Shown here piece by piece: positions 1-9,787 of a stretch of 47,838 nucleotides of DNA. Source of the stretch: an uncultured Ruminococcus sp. (GTDB lineage: Bacteria; Bacillota; Clostridia; Oscillospirales; Ruminococcaceae); NCBI GenBank assembly GCA_964399025.1, contig CAYNPC010000001.1:1-47838 (forward strand), read 5' to 3'. Within the stretch, counting starts at the first letter, position 1; each line of letters starts with the position of its first letter. Position numbers and translations under genes: made by a program. The notes beneath the pieces were generated by a model. It was not told the origin of the DNA and did not search any database. It worked only from the letters and a program-made list of their open reading frames with translations.

Positions 1-1601
1 TCGTGATGTTCCGAATGCATCGTCTCATGTCCAAACTGATGGGTCATAGCTGGCTCACCCAAAATGCTTTCATAATTTTCTTCTGCTGTCTTTTCCGGTG
101 CTTCTTCTGCCTCTCTCTGCGCAAGCGGCACTTTTCGTTCTGCCGTTGCGGCTTCCAATGCTGCCTTCTCTTCTGCTGACAATCGCTTTTTCTTGACGAT
201 CCGGATGATGACAAAAATCAACACCAGACCAACCGCACAAGCCAGAGAAATGCTGACAATCTTCACCCACGGAATTTCCAGCGATTTGAAGTTGACACGA
301 ATCCCTTCGTCACTCCGGCAGCTGCTGACATACTTAGCAGCAACGCCCTCGTAACCAGTCAGCAAAAATCCACTGACGGCAATATTTTCTGTTTCATCAG
401 AAGTGCTACCATCTGCATTGACTTTCTGCTGCTCCGTCACACCAAAAGCATCGGTGCCGATTTCAGAAACCCGTTTTGGCAGCAGCACATCCATCAGCTG
501 TTCACAGCAATAGAACGCATAGCCACCAATCTGCAACGCCGGTTCGGTTGCGGTTTCCTCCCCAGCAAACGTCACGGACCGCAGCGCATCGCAGTCAGAA
601 AACGCATGGTCACTCAACAGGGTCACTGTTTCCGGAATGGTGACAGATTCCAGCGCAGTACAATATTCAAATGCGCCCGAACCGATTACCTGCAATCCAT
701 CCGGAAAGGTCACAGTCTGCAACGGTGCAGCGAAAAACGCACCATCATAAATCGTTGTGACACTGTCCGGCACAGCGAATGCTGTCTCCGTCTTGCCAGC
801 CGGATAGAGATAAAGAATCTCCATATCCTTGCTGTACAGCACGCCATCTTCCAGACAGAACGTCGGATGCGTATCGGAAACCGTCAGGGTTGCCAGATTG
901 CGGCAGCCGATAAACGGCAGATTGCTCAAATCTGTGATGGTATCCGGAATGGTAAATTCGGTCAACGCCGAGCAGTTCTGGAACATATAAGCAGACAGCT
1001 CTGTGATGTCCTCCGGCAACGCCACCGATTCCAAGGAAGAACAGCCCATAAACAGCTGATCGCCCAATTCCGTCACGGTATCCGGAACGGTAAATTCTGT
1101 CATTGCACTACAATATGCGAATGCCATTCTGCCCAGACTGGTTACATTCTCCATTGTTACCGTTTCCAATGCAGAGCAACCGTAAAATGCGCCGTCCGGA
1201 ATCTCTGTGACACCACTGCCCAGTGTTACCGTTTGCAGGGCGGTACAAGCCTGAAAAGCACCTGCGCCGATTTCCGTCACGCTACTCGGTACTGTGACAG
1301 ATTGCAATGCCGTACAACCAGCAAATGCTTGCTCCCCGATGGAGACAACGTCGTAGCCGTCAATCTCCCGCATAATGCTGATGTGCGTTGCCGTTGTAAC
1401 ACAAGATGTGACGGAAACCTGCATATTGGAAAGTACCGTATACGTCAGCGTTCCATCGTCAAATGTACTGCCGTCTGTTACCTCCTGCACACGTCCGCTG
1501 CTGATTGCCGTTTCGTCATCCTCTGCCCATACCGGCATACCGGTCAGCAATAAAAACCCCGCTGTGAGACACCCCATTACAGTCTGTGCCCATTGTTTCA
1601 T
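1..1601 (-). CDS. BspA-type leucine-rich repeat (LRR_5) surface protein, 3' end runs off the window
   Basis: Absent from the ORF track, consistent with no stop inside the window. ATG at 1601 overlaps the upstream stop (ATGA). Manual translation starts MKQWAQTVMGCLTAGFLLLTGMPVWAEDDE (signal peptide), then ...SIGEQAFAGC-type repeats, a C-terminal TM segment (IVSISLACAVGLVLIFVII-RIVKKKR) and a charged tail ending ...HQFGHETMHSEHH at the window edge. Confidence 0.88.
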   Translation of the reverse strand, partial: MKQWAQTVMGCLTAGFLLLTGMPVWAEDDETAISSGRVQEVTDGSTFDDGTLTYTVLSNMQVSVTSCVTTATHISIMREIDGYDVVSIGEQAFAGCTALQSVTVPSSVTEIGAGAFQACTALQTVTLGSGVTEIPDGAFYGCSALETVTMENVTSLGRMAFAYCSAMTEFTVPDTVTELGDQLFMGCSSLESVALPEDITELSAYMFQNCSALTEFTIPDTITDLSNLPFIGCRNLATLTVSDTHPTFCLEDGVLYSKDMEILYLYPAGKTETAFAVPDSVTTIYDGAFFAAPLQTVTFPDGLQVIGSGAFEYCTALESVTIPETVTLLSDHAFSDCDALRSVTFAGEETATEPALQIGGYAFYCCEQLMDVLLPKRVSEIGTDAFGVTEQQKVNADGSTSDETENIAVSGFLLTGYEGVAAKYVSSCRSDEGIRVNFKSLEIPWVKIVSISLACAVGLVLIFVIIRIVKKKRLSAEEKAALEAATAERKVPLAQREAEEAPEKTAEENYESILGEPAMTHQFGHETMHSEHH

Positions 1602-3037
1602 GCTTTTTCGCCCTTTCCGCTTTCTGTTTTTTTCTTCTTCTTGCATACCACAATCAGAATGATCACGCCTGCTGCGACGACAACCACGCCGATGATGACA
1701 CCAATCAGCACACCATTGACACCGCCGCTGCCCTCCAGCACTTCTGCTGTGATGCCATACTGTTTCACATATTTCGCTACCGTCGAGTTTTTATGATAGG
1801 TGACAGAAAAATTCGTCACGACAGATGGCGTATCATCCTGTGATTCTGCATACAAGCCAAATGCGGCACTGCCCAAATCTTTCAGAGAAGCTGGCAGTGT
1901 CAGATTTTTCAATTCCAGACAGTTATAGAATGCCTGTTCGCCGATACTGGTCACGGTATCCGGAATGGAGATATCCGGCAGCCGGACACAAGTATAAAAT
2001 GCGTAGTCGCCGATGCTGGTCAGATGTTCCGGCAGTGTGACAGCCGTCAGAGACGTACAATACGCAAACGTATTATTTGGCAGCTCTGTAATCGCATCCG
2101 GTACGGTCACCTGCTCCAGCGACTGGCAATAGAAAAAGACATCTTCGCCCAGCTCTGTAATCTGCTGCATATCAATGCTTTTCAGTTCCGTTGCGCCGGT
2201 AAAGCTCCAGTCCTCCAGACGGGTGCAACCATCCGGTACGACATAATCTGTAATGGCACTGGCATCCGGATATTTGATCAACGTAGTGCCGTCACCGGAG
2301 AACAGAACGCCATCCTTGTCCTGATAACTTTCGTTGTCGTCTGCCACCTGAATTTCCTGCAAGGCAGAACAACCCTCAAAGACAAAGTCGCCGATTGTCG
2401 TACAGGTTGCCGGAATCTCCACTTTCTCCAGTGCAGAACAGCCCTCGAAGGCATACATTTCAATCGTCTGCAATTGGGACGGGAAGGTGATTGTCTGCAA
2501 ACCGGTACACTGATAGAACGACTCCTGCCCTACGGTGGTCACTGTCTCCGGCAGAGAAACCGTTTCCAGTGCAGTACATCCATAAAATGTACCAGTCGGC
2601 AATGTCTCCAGATTAGACGGCAATGTTACATCTGTCAGTGCAATGCAGGCTTCCATTGTGCCCTTGCCCAAAGAGGTAACAGAATCCGGCAGATGCAGGC
2701 TCTCCAGTACAGAGCAACCATAAAATGCACTGTCTTCGATGGTGGTAATGCTATCCGGCAAGGTCAGGCTCTGCAACAGGAAGCATTCTGAAAATGCTCC
2801 TTCTGCGATACCGGTGATGGCGATGCCGTCCACTTCCGCCGGCACTTCTACAGAAGTCGCCGATTGAAAGCAGTTGGTAATCCATGCCGTGCCGTCATCC
2901 TGTACTTCAAGGGTGATATCATCAACGACCCAGTCACCTTCCTCTGTGACCGGTTCTGCCCAGACCGGCAACGCACCGGCACCCACCAGCAGCACGCTGC
3001 TCAGCAGTGTGCAAAAGGCTCGTTTTCCTATTCTCAT
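1598..3037 (-). CDS. BspA-type LRR_5 surface protein
   Basis: Signal peptide, many LPxxLxxIxxxAFxxCxxL repeats, C-terminal TM helix followed by KKKKK. Confidence 0.9.
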   Translation of the reverse strand: MRIGKRAFCTLLSSVLLVGAGALPVWAEPVTEEGDWVVDDITLEVQDDGTAWITNCFQSATSVEVPAEVDGIAITGIAEGAFSECFLLQSLTLPDSITTIEDSAFYGCSVLESLHLPDSVTSLGKGTMEACIALTDVTLPSNLETLPTGTFYGCTALETVSLPETVTTVGQESFYQCTGLQTITFPSQLQTIEMYAFEGCSALEKVEIPATCTTIGDFVFEGCSALQEIQVADDNESYQDKDGVLFSGDGTTLIKYPDASAITDYVVPDGCTRLEDWSFTGATELKSIDMQQITELGEDVFFYCQSLEQVTVPDAITELPNNTFAYCTSLTAVTLPEHLTSIGDYAFYTCVRLPDISIPDTVTSIGEQAFYNCLELKNLTLPASLKDLGSAAFGLYAESQDDTPSVVTNFSVTYHKNSTVAKYVKQYGITAEVLEGSGGVNGVLIGVIIGVVVVAAGVIILIVVCKKKKKTESGKGEKA

Positions 3038-4314
3038 TCTGATTCCTCCGATGATTTGTCCTGTTGATCGTCATCTGTTTTCTTTTCTTCGTCTTTTTTG
3101 TCTTCTTTCTCTTTTTTGTCTTCTTTTTTCTGCTTATCATCTGTTTTGCCACCAGAACGCAGACCCAGCACAATCAGCACAGCCCCGACAAGCAATACAA
3201 CCGCACTGATGCCCAGCAGAATCTTTTTGCTGTTGGATTGCTGACTGGTTGTCGTTGTTGTATCCGCATCAGCAGCATCTTCTTCTGTGTCCGCACCGAT
3301 TTCTTCTGTTTCGCCATCCAGTGTTTCTTCCAGACCGCCACGTACCTGCGAAGCATCCTGCACGGTAATAAACGTAAACGAGTTTTTGTAATCATACGTG
3401 TCATCCGTATCAGAAGCGTAAGTCTGCGCCATCGAACCGGATTCTCCATAAATCTTAAAGCCATCTACAGCGGTGCTCATATCGGATTCATAGCCAAATG
3501 CACAATAGCCGATTTCTTCCACGCAAGACGGAATCGTGACTTCCGTCAGACCCGTTCCGGCAAAAGCTGCCTGTCCGACAGAAGTCAGTGCAGCAGACGG
3601 CAATTCGATTTCTGTCATGCCGGTGCAGTTTGCAAATGCGGCGTTGCCGATATACGTCAGATTGCTTGGCAGCGTCCATTCCGTGATGTTCTCACAGTAA
3701 GCAAACGCATAGTCGCAGATTTCCACAACGCTCTCCGGAATCGAAATTTCCGGCAAGGTGTCATAGGCAAACACCCATTCATCAATATACAGCAACCCAT
3801 CCGGCAGAATAATCTCCTGCAAGTTGTTGCAATTGGAAAAAGCAGCGTAATACAGCTCTGTGACCGTATCTGGCACGGTATAGCTGGTTGCCTCTGCTGC
3901 TGGCGGATAAGCAATCAGACAATCGTCCGTTGTCCGGAAGAGTACCCCATCTTCCACATAATACGTTTCACTGCCTGTTTCCACATCAAATTCTTTTATG
4001 TTTTCACAACCGAAAAACACACTTTCCCCAATGTCTGTGATATTGGCAGAAATGGTGACTTTCTCCAACGTTGTACAGTTGTAGAAAGCATCCGCAGAAA
4101 TACCCGTAATCGTAACATCATCCAATGTATCCGGCAATGTGATTTCCGTCGCACTGCCTGTATACCCCGTCAGGTAGCCCTCCCCTGTGTCGCTGTCGAC
4201 TTCATACGTAAAATCGCTGCTGTCATCGTCTGCCTGAACCGGTGTCCAAGCGAAAGTGGAGCAGGCAAGCAGACCTGCAAGCGAAAGGGCGCAGAAAAAT
4301 GGTATCTGTTTCAT
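3034..4314 (-). CDS. BspA-type LRR_5 surface protein
   Basis: Start taken at MKQIPFF (4314; the ORF extends to 4353). Signal peptide, LRR_5 repeats, C-terminal TM and a K/D/E-rich tail. Confidence 0.88.
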   Translation of the reverse strand: MKQIPFFCALSLAGLLACSTFAWTPVQADDDSSDFTYEVDSDTGEGYLTGYTGSATEITLPDTLDDVTITGISADAFYNCTTLEKVTISANITDIGESVFFGCENIKEFDVETGSETYYVEDGVLFRTTDDCLIAYPPAAEATSYTVPDTVTELYYAAFSNCNNLQEIILPDGLLYIDEWVFAYDTLPEISIPESVVEICDYAFAYCENITEWTLPSNLTYIGNAAFANCTGMTEIELPSAALTSVGQAAFAGTGLTEVTIPSCVEEIGYCAFGYESDMSTAVDGFKIYGESGSMAQTYASDTDDTYDYKNSFTFITVQDASQVRGGLEETLDGETEEIGADTEEDAADADTTTTTSQQSNSKKILLGISAVVLLVGAVLIVLGLRSGGKTDDKQKKEDKKEKEDKKDEEKKTDDDQQDKSSEESE

Positions 4315-4383
4315 ATCGTGTATTTCGTCCGGAACGGACGACCTCCTTGTCATTTCAAATCATTTTCAATCGGGCGGATTTTC

Positions 4384-6207
4384 TTATTCTACTGTCACGG
4401 ACTTGGCAAGATTTCTCGGCTTATCCACGTCGTTTCCACGCAGCACAGAAGTATAGTAAGCAATCAACTGCAACGGTACTACTGCCAGCATTGGCATCAA
4501 CAGATCATCAAATTCCGGCAAGCCGAATTTCCAATCTGCCACATCCGGATCCGGCTGATAGCTGTCCCGACAAACCAGTACAACCTTTGCACCTCTTGCC
4601 TTGACTTCCTTGATGTTGCTGATGGTCTTTTCAAACAGCGGCTTCTGGGTTGCAACGGCAATGACCGGCATCCCATCTGAAATCAGGGAAATCGTACCGT
4701 GCTTCAATTCACCAGCAGCATAAGACTCGGAGTGAATATAGGAAATTTCCTTCAGCTTCAGAGAGCCTTCCATACTCAGCGCATAATCCAATCCTCTGCC
4801 GATATAGAGCAGGCTGTCAGCCGTAATCAGCGAAGAAGCGATATACTGTGTCTGCTTCTTGTTTTGCAGGATTTCCTCAATGTATTCCGGTGTCTGCTGC
4901 AGCTCTGCAACCAGTTCCCGACAGCGTTCTTCGGAAATGGTTTCTGCTGCCAGCGCAAACTCAAACGCCAGCAAATACATGACTGCAATCTGTACCATAT
5001 ATGCCTTTGTCGAAGCCACGGCAATTTCCGGACCAGCATGCGTGTAAATCAGCATATCCGCTTCTCTGGCAATCGAGCTGCCCTTGGCGTTGACAATCGC
5101 AAGGGTCTTTGCGCCTCTCTGCTTTGCAAGGCGCATCGCAGCCAGACTGTCTGCTGTCTCACCGGACTGCGAAATGACAATCACCAGATCGTGTTCATCC
5201 AGAATCGGGTCCCGATAGCGGAATTCCGAAGCGATATCAACCGTCACCGGCACTCTTGCCAGCTTTTCAATGACGTACTGTCCCACCACACCAGCGTGCA
5301 TCGCAGTGCCACAGGCAACCACAAAAATCCGATGATACTGTTTCAGAGATGCCGGTGTAATGCCACACTCTTCGAGATTTGGCAGACCGTCCCGAATTCT
5401 CGGCAGAATCGTGGTCTTGATGGCGGACGGCTGTTCGTGGATTTCCTTGAGCATGAAATGTGCATACCCGCCTTTTTCTGCGGCATCCATATCCCAGTCA
5501 GCAGTTTTCCGTTCTTTCTGTACGGCAAGACCGTAGGCATCATAAACCTTTACGCCAGCTTTTGACAACACAGCGATTTCGTCCTGCTCCAGCAGATAAT
5601 AATCCTTGGTATACCGCAGAATTGCCGGCACGTCAGAGGCAATAAAGTTTTCCTGTTCGCCCAGTCCGACAATCAGCGGACTTTCTTTTCGGGTTGCATA
5701 GACAACATCCGGATGATCGGCAAAAATAATGCCCAGTGCATACGACCCCTCCAAATCCCGAATGGTATTGGAAATGGTTTCAATCGGGCTGCCGTTGTAA
5801 TTATAATCCAACAGCTTTGCCACAACCTCGGTGTCTGTGTCACTGGCGAATGTCACACCCTTTGCCATGAGGTGATCTTTCAGTTCCTTGTAGTTCTCAA
5901 TGATGCCATTGTGTACAATGGTCACTCTCCCACCGCTGTGGGGATGCGAATTGACATCTGACGGTTCGCCGTGTGTTGCCCAACGAGTGTGTCCGATGCC
6001 GGCATGGCCTTCCGGTCTGCCTTCCTGTTCCATCTTCTGTATGAGGTCAGCCAATCTGCCTTTTGATTTTGCAACTTCAATTTTGCCCTGTTCTGAGAAG
6101 ACCGCAATGCCAGCTGAGTCATAGCCACGGTATTCCAGTTTTGTCAGTCCATTTATGAGTACATCCGTACAATTACGGTTGCCAACATAGCCTACAATTC
6201 CGCACAT
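4384..6207 (-). CDS. glmS: Glutamine--fructose-6-phosphate aminotransferase
   Basis: N-terminal MCGIVGY, GHTRWATHG motif, SIS domains, C-terminal PRNLAKSVTVE. Confidence 0.98.
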   Translation of the reverse strand: MCGIVGYVGNRNCTDVLINGLTKLEYRGYDSAGIAVFSEQGKIEVAKSKGRLADLIQKMEQEGRPEGHAGIGHTRWATHGEPSDVNSHPHSGGRVTIVHNGIIENYKELKDHLMAKGVTFASDTDTEVVAKLLDYNYNGSPIETISNTIRDLEGSYALGIIFADHPDVVYATRKESPLIVGLGEQENFIASDVPAILRYTKDYYLLEQDEIAVLSKAGVKVYDAYGLAVQKERKTADWDMDAAEKGGYAHFMLKEIHEQPSAIKTTILPRIRDGLPNLEECGITPASLKQYHRIFVVACGTAMHAGVVGQYVIEKLARVPVTVDIASEFRYRDPILDEHDLVIVISQSGETADSLAAMRLAKQRGAKTLAIVNAKGSSIAREADMLIYTHAGPEIAVASTKAYMVQIAVMYLLAFEFALAAETISEERCRELVAELQQTPEYIEEILQNKKQTQYIASSLITADSLLYIGRGLDYALSMEGSLKLKEISYIHSESYAAGELKHGTISLISDGMPVIAVATQKPLFEKTISNIKEVKARGAKVVLVCRDSYQPDPDVADWKFGLPEFDDLLMPMLAVVPLQLIAYYTSVLRGNDVDKPRNLAKSVTVE

Positions 6208-6246
6208 AGTTCAAGTGCCTCCCTTTTTGTTAATATGATATGTTAC

Positions 6247-6275
6247 ATTATAGCACGTTCCCCACACAAATGCAA
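6247..6275 (-). promoter_or_regulatory. sigma-A promoter of glmS
   Basis: Minus strand TTGCAT-17bp-TATAAT with a TG extension. Confidence 0.7.
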
Positions 6276-6279
6276 GCAC

Positions 6280-6316
6280 AAAAAAGGGACTGCGCATCCG
6301 CAACAGCCCCTTTTTC
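6280..6316 (-). terminator. Intrinsic terminator of the dockerin gene
   Basis: Minus strand GGGGCTG...CAGTCCC stem followed by a T-run. Confidence 0.6.
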
Positions 6317-6361
6317 TTATTTCCGTTTCAAAACTAATCCTATTTCTGCGATCGTATCTGC

Positions 6362-9300
6362 TTACCGACCGCCATTACCACCGAAGCCGCCAGAGTTACC
6401 GCCCCAGCCGCTATTGCCGCCGCCGCTACTGGAGAGCTGTGTGCCGCCAGAAATGGTACCGTCAACATAGATGCTCTGTGTACCGAATCCCTCGGTCAAC
6501 AATGTACCACCGGAAATCGTACCGCCGGTATAGAAGACAGCAGAGCTATCGCTGCAACCAGCATTCAACGTGCTGACAGACTTGTCTGCGATGAAGGACA
6601 CAATGACATTGCCGGAGGTATCAGCCAATGTGATTCTTGTGCCTGCGCTTGCATTTGCACCAGATGCAGAAACTGTTGTAGTCATGCTGACACTGCCCTC
6701 TGCCACGAAGACACCGCCTGTGTAAGACATCGTATTGTCAGAATCGAAGGTATCGCTGCCGTTGGAGATTGCATAGCCGCCAGAAATGGTAAGCGTTCCG
6801 TTGGAGTCAAATCCATCATGGTCACCATCTTCTGCGTTGGCAAGTGCAATACCGCCCTTGATCTGCAAGGTGTGTGTCGAGCCATGTGAGGAGCCGCTGT
6901 TGCCGCTCCAGCCACCGCCGCCGCCCATGTTGTCATCGTCTCCACAAGATGCATTGTAGCTGTCGTCTGCGGAATTGATTACAACCGTGCCGCTGTTCTG
7001 AATGATGTCATATCCTTCAATGCCCTCGTAGCAGTAAGAAGCATAAACCTTGACATCATCAAATGTATTCGAGTTGTTGCCGATGGTCAGTGTTGCATCT
7101 GAATGCACTGCATCATCGGCAGAAGCCAATGTCATAGTACCGCCGAAGAGGTTCAGGTTGCCTGCACAGTGCAAGGCATCATCGGAAGAATCAATGTTGA
7201 TGGTACCGCCCAGAATATTCAATGTGCCATCGGACTTGATTCCCTTTGCACTGTTCTCTACCTTGTTTGCGTTGCCGTCGGAGTCATTGAAGCCGCCGCC
7301 GCCAAAGCCACCACTGTGGTTACCGGAACTGCTGGAACCGCTTGTGCCCGTATAAGTATGGCCATCGAATGTATAGATATCCAATGTGCCGCCGTTGACG
7401 GTCACATCACTGACTGCCTGAATGCCATCATACAGGACATTCAAACTGATCGTACCGCCGTTGATGGTAACCGTACCTTCGCCAGCTTCGTCATCATTGG
7501 AAGCCTTGATGCCGTCTCCGTTTGTAGCGACGGTCACATTCAGGTCACTGAAATCCGTATTGGAAGCGTTGCCGATTGTAACACTGTCCTTACCACGGAT
7601 ACCATCATCAACTGCGTTGACTGTAATCGTACCGTTGTAAACCTTGAGGTCGTTCTTGCAGACGATACCGTCTTCTGTGTTACCGGTAACGGTCAGGCTA
7701 CCAGCACCCTTCAGTTTCAGGTCATCTCTTGCGAAGATTGCCGCATTGATGGTATTGGTGTTGCCATCGCTATCCACGTAAGTATCCGTATGGCTGCTGC
7801 CGTCTGCAATGGTGTTCACCGTACCAGACTTGCTGGAGATGACAACCTCATCGCCGATGGAAGCCACATAAATCGGTGCTGCGGTGGAGTTGCTCAGGTT
7901 TGCACCCTTCAGATCCAATTCCACAACGCCATCTGGATAAGCCGTCTTATCCACATTGACTTCGATTCTGGCAGCGGTGCTGTCACCGATGACATCCACG
8001 GTCATTGGCTGGGTAATCGTAACAGAAGTGCCGCTGACGGTGACCCCATCTGCACTGGAAACTGTGTTGCCGGAAGCATCCAACAGCTTGACGGTGCTGC
8101 CGCTATAAGAAATCGTAGCCACTGTGCCACTGGTCGTAGTGGTAGAAGAACTGCTGCCGTCGGTTGTAACATTGTAGAACTCTGTTGTGTTGCTGCTCAT
8201 GGTAAAGTTACCATCCTGCGTGCTGCTGCCACTCGGGAGATGGGTCAATGTTGCGCCGTTCAATGCAGCCGTATAAGTACCGGAAGAAATGCCGCTGCCG
8301 CTGACAATTGCGTAGCTGAACTTCTTACTCGGTGTCATTTCATAAACTGTGCTACCGTTCTGGAGAATGGTAATTGCCTGCCCCTTCTTCTGTTCGGCAG
8401 CGAAATCCAACAACATCACACCCTGTGTGCTGCCGCTGAAATCTGTGGTATCTGCAATCTGGTTGTCCGTTGCCGTTGCCAGTACAGTACCACCTGTGAT
8501 GTACAACGCACCAGCATCATCCAATGTAAAGCCACGGTCGCCGCTTGCTACGACCGTACCGCCGGAGATGTTGATGGCGGTAGAAGCCTGTACCGCATCG
8601 TTGCCAGCCTTGATGGTAACGCTACCAGAAACCACGTCTACTTCTTCCTTCGTAGACTTCAGACCATCTGCCGAGCTGGTTACAGTAACCGTTGCGCCCT
8701 CTACGGTCAATGTCTTCTTTGTCTTGATGGCATCTGCATCTGCTGCATCATCCGAATCGGTATCCACAACGATGGTACCACCATTCAGGTTGAGATTCTT
8801 GCTTGCATAAATACCGGTGTTCTGAGCAGAAGTGATGTTCAGGACACCTGTGCTATTCTTGGTGACAGTCAACTTGCTGTCTGCATAAATTACACCGCTT
8901 GTCTCTGCATTGGCGGTAGTGGCACTGTCTACGAGGGTATTCGTTCCCGTCACAGTCAGCTTTGTCTTGGCAGCTGATACCGTGTTAATACACGGTGCGC
9001 CGGTGGTGGAAGTCATGGTCACGCCGTTCAGAACCAGTTCCACATCATCAGCATCTGCTGTGGTATCCGGTACATTGATCAGGATTTGTCCATCGGTAAT
9101 GCTACCGTCTACCTGATACGTGCCGGAGGCGGTAATGGTTACCGTCTTGCCACTGATGCTGGTCACGCCCTTGCTATCGCCCTCAACCTTGATTCCACTG
9201 TCGCTGAGGTGAATGGTAATGCCATCCGTAACCGGATTCAGAATGGCACGCTTCAGCAGAATCAGATCCAGTACGTTGACCTTTCCATCTGCATTGTAAT

Positions 9301-9523
9301 CCGCATTGGCAAACGCCGATGCAGAAAGAGAACGGTTGTTCAGCAGGTACTGCTGTTCTGCCACCACGTCAGTGATGCCAACGCTGCCGTCCAGTGTTAC
9401 ATCGCCAATCAATGTTGCCGTTGCCGCAGAAGCTGGCAGTGCCGGCAATGCACTGGCGAGCACCGTCGTGCAGAACACGCCAGCAAGGGCAGCACGACAA
9501 GGATGTTTTTTTGTTTGTTTCAT
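6362..9523 (-). CDS. Secreted dockerin-containing protein with two Cthe_2159/DUF4353-type beta-helix carbohydrate-binding domains
   Basis: Signal peptide and duplicated dockerin Ca-binding loops (GDVTLDGSVGITDVV; ADYNADGKVNVLDLILLKR). Two repeats of VTIT..GTY..G....QI.(I/V)N...V.L.L.G..., with DGI/DAI beta-helix motifs and G/S-rich linkers. Confidence 0.85.
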   Translation of the reverse strand: MKQTKKHPCRAALAGVFCTTVLASALPALPASAATATLIGDVTLDGSVGITDVVAEQQYLLNNRSLSASAFANADYNADGKVNVLDLILLKRAILNPVTDGITIHLSDSGIKVEGDSKGVTSISGKTVTITASGTYQVDGSITDGQILINVPDTTADADDVELVLNGVTMTSTTGAPCINTVSAAKTKLTVTGTNTLVDSATTANAETSGVIYADSKLTVTKNSTGVLNITSAQNTGIYASKNLNLNGGTIVVDTDSDDAADADAIKTKKTLTVEGATVTVTSSADGLKSTKEEVDVVSGSVTIKAGNDAVQASTAINISGGTVVASGDRGFTLDDAGALYITGGTVLATATDNQIADTTDFSGSTQGVMLLDFAAEQKKGQAITILQNGSTVYEMTPSKKFSYAIVSGSGISSGTYTAALNGATLTHLPSGSSTQDGNFTMSSNTTEFYNVTTDGSSSSTTTTSGTVATISYSGSTVKLLDASGNTVSSADGVTVSGTSVTITQPMTVDVIGDSTAARIEVNVDKTAYPDGVVELDLKGANLSNSTAAPIYVASIGDEVVISSKSGTVNTIADGSSHTDTYVDSDGNTNTINAAIFARDDLKLKGAGSLTVTGNTEDGIVCKNDLKVYNGTITVNAVDDGIRGKDSVTIGNASNTDFSDLNVTVATNGDGIKASNDDEAGEGTVTINGGTISLNVLYDGIQAVSDVTVNGGTLDIYTFDGHTYTGTSGSSSSGNHSGGFGGGGFNDSDGNANKVENSAKGIKSDGTLNILGGTINIDSSDDALHCAGNLNLFGGTMTLASADDAVHSDATLTIGNNSNTFDDVKVYASYCYEGIEGYDIIQNSGTVVINSADDSYNASCGDDDNMGGGGGWSGNSGSSHGSTHTLQIKGGIALANAEDGDHDGFDSNGTLTISGGYAISNGSDTFDSDNTMSYTGGVFVAEGSVSMTTTVSASGANASAGTRITLADTSGNVIVSFIADKSVSTLNAGCSDSSAVFYTGGTISGGTLLTEGFGTQSIYVDGTISGGTQLSSSGGGNSGWGGNSGGFGGNGGR

Positions 9524-9787
9524 ATCGAATCGCTCCTTTTTCCATAACGATTGGGCACATTTTCTACTTCGTGCCTTTTATTGTAGCGTTCATTTCTGAA
9601 AGTAAACTTAAAAATGCAACATCACTTTTAAAAAATGTGAAAAGTGCACAAATACGGCGCTTTCAATTTTAACAGATTATACAAGTACCGTAAATTTCTT
9701 CGTACAAAAAAGGGGGAACGCAGTCGATTTTTCTGCATTCCACCCATAGATTCTTTTCGATTTTCCAATCGTGCCCAGAAATATGTC

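Noticed and set aside
70-270. 66-aa minus-strand ORF
   Set aside because: Alternative frame inside the LRR gene 1-1601.
6208-6250. glmS ribozyme
   Set aside because: The promoter leaves only about 35 nt of leader, too short for the ribozyme.
606-8977. Long plus-strand ORFs (606-1553, 3064-4680, 4699-5565, 7103-8977)
   Set aside because: Antisense shadows of well-supported minus-strand genes, with no RBS or recognisable motifs.
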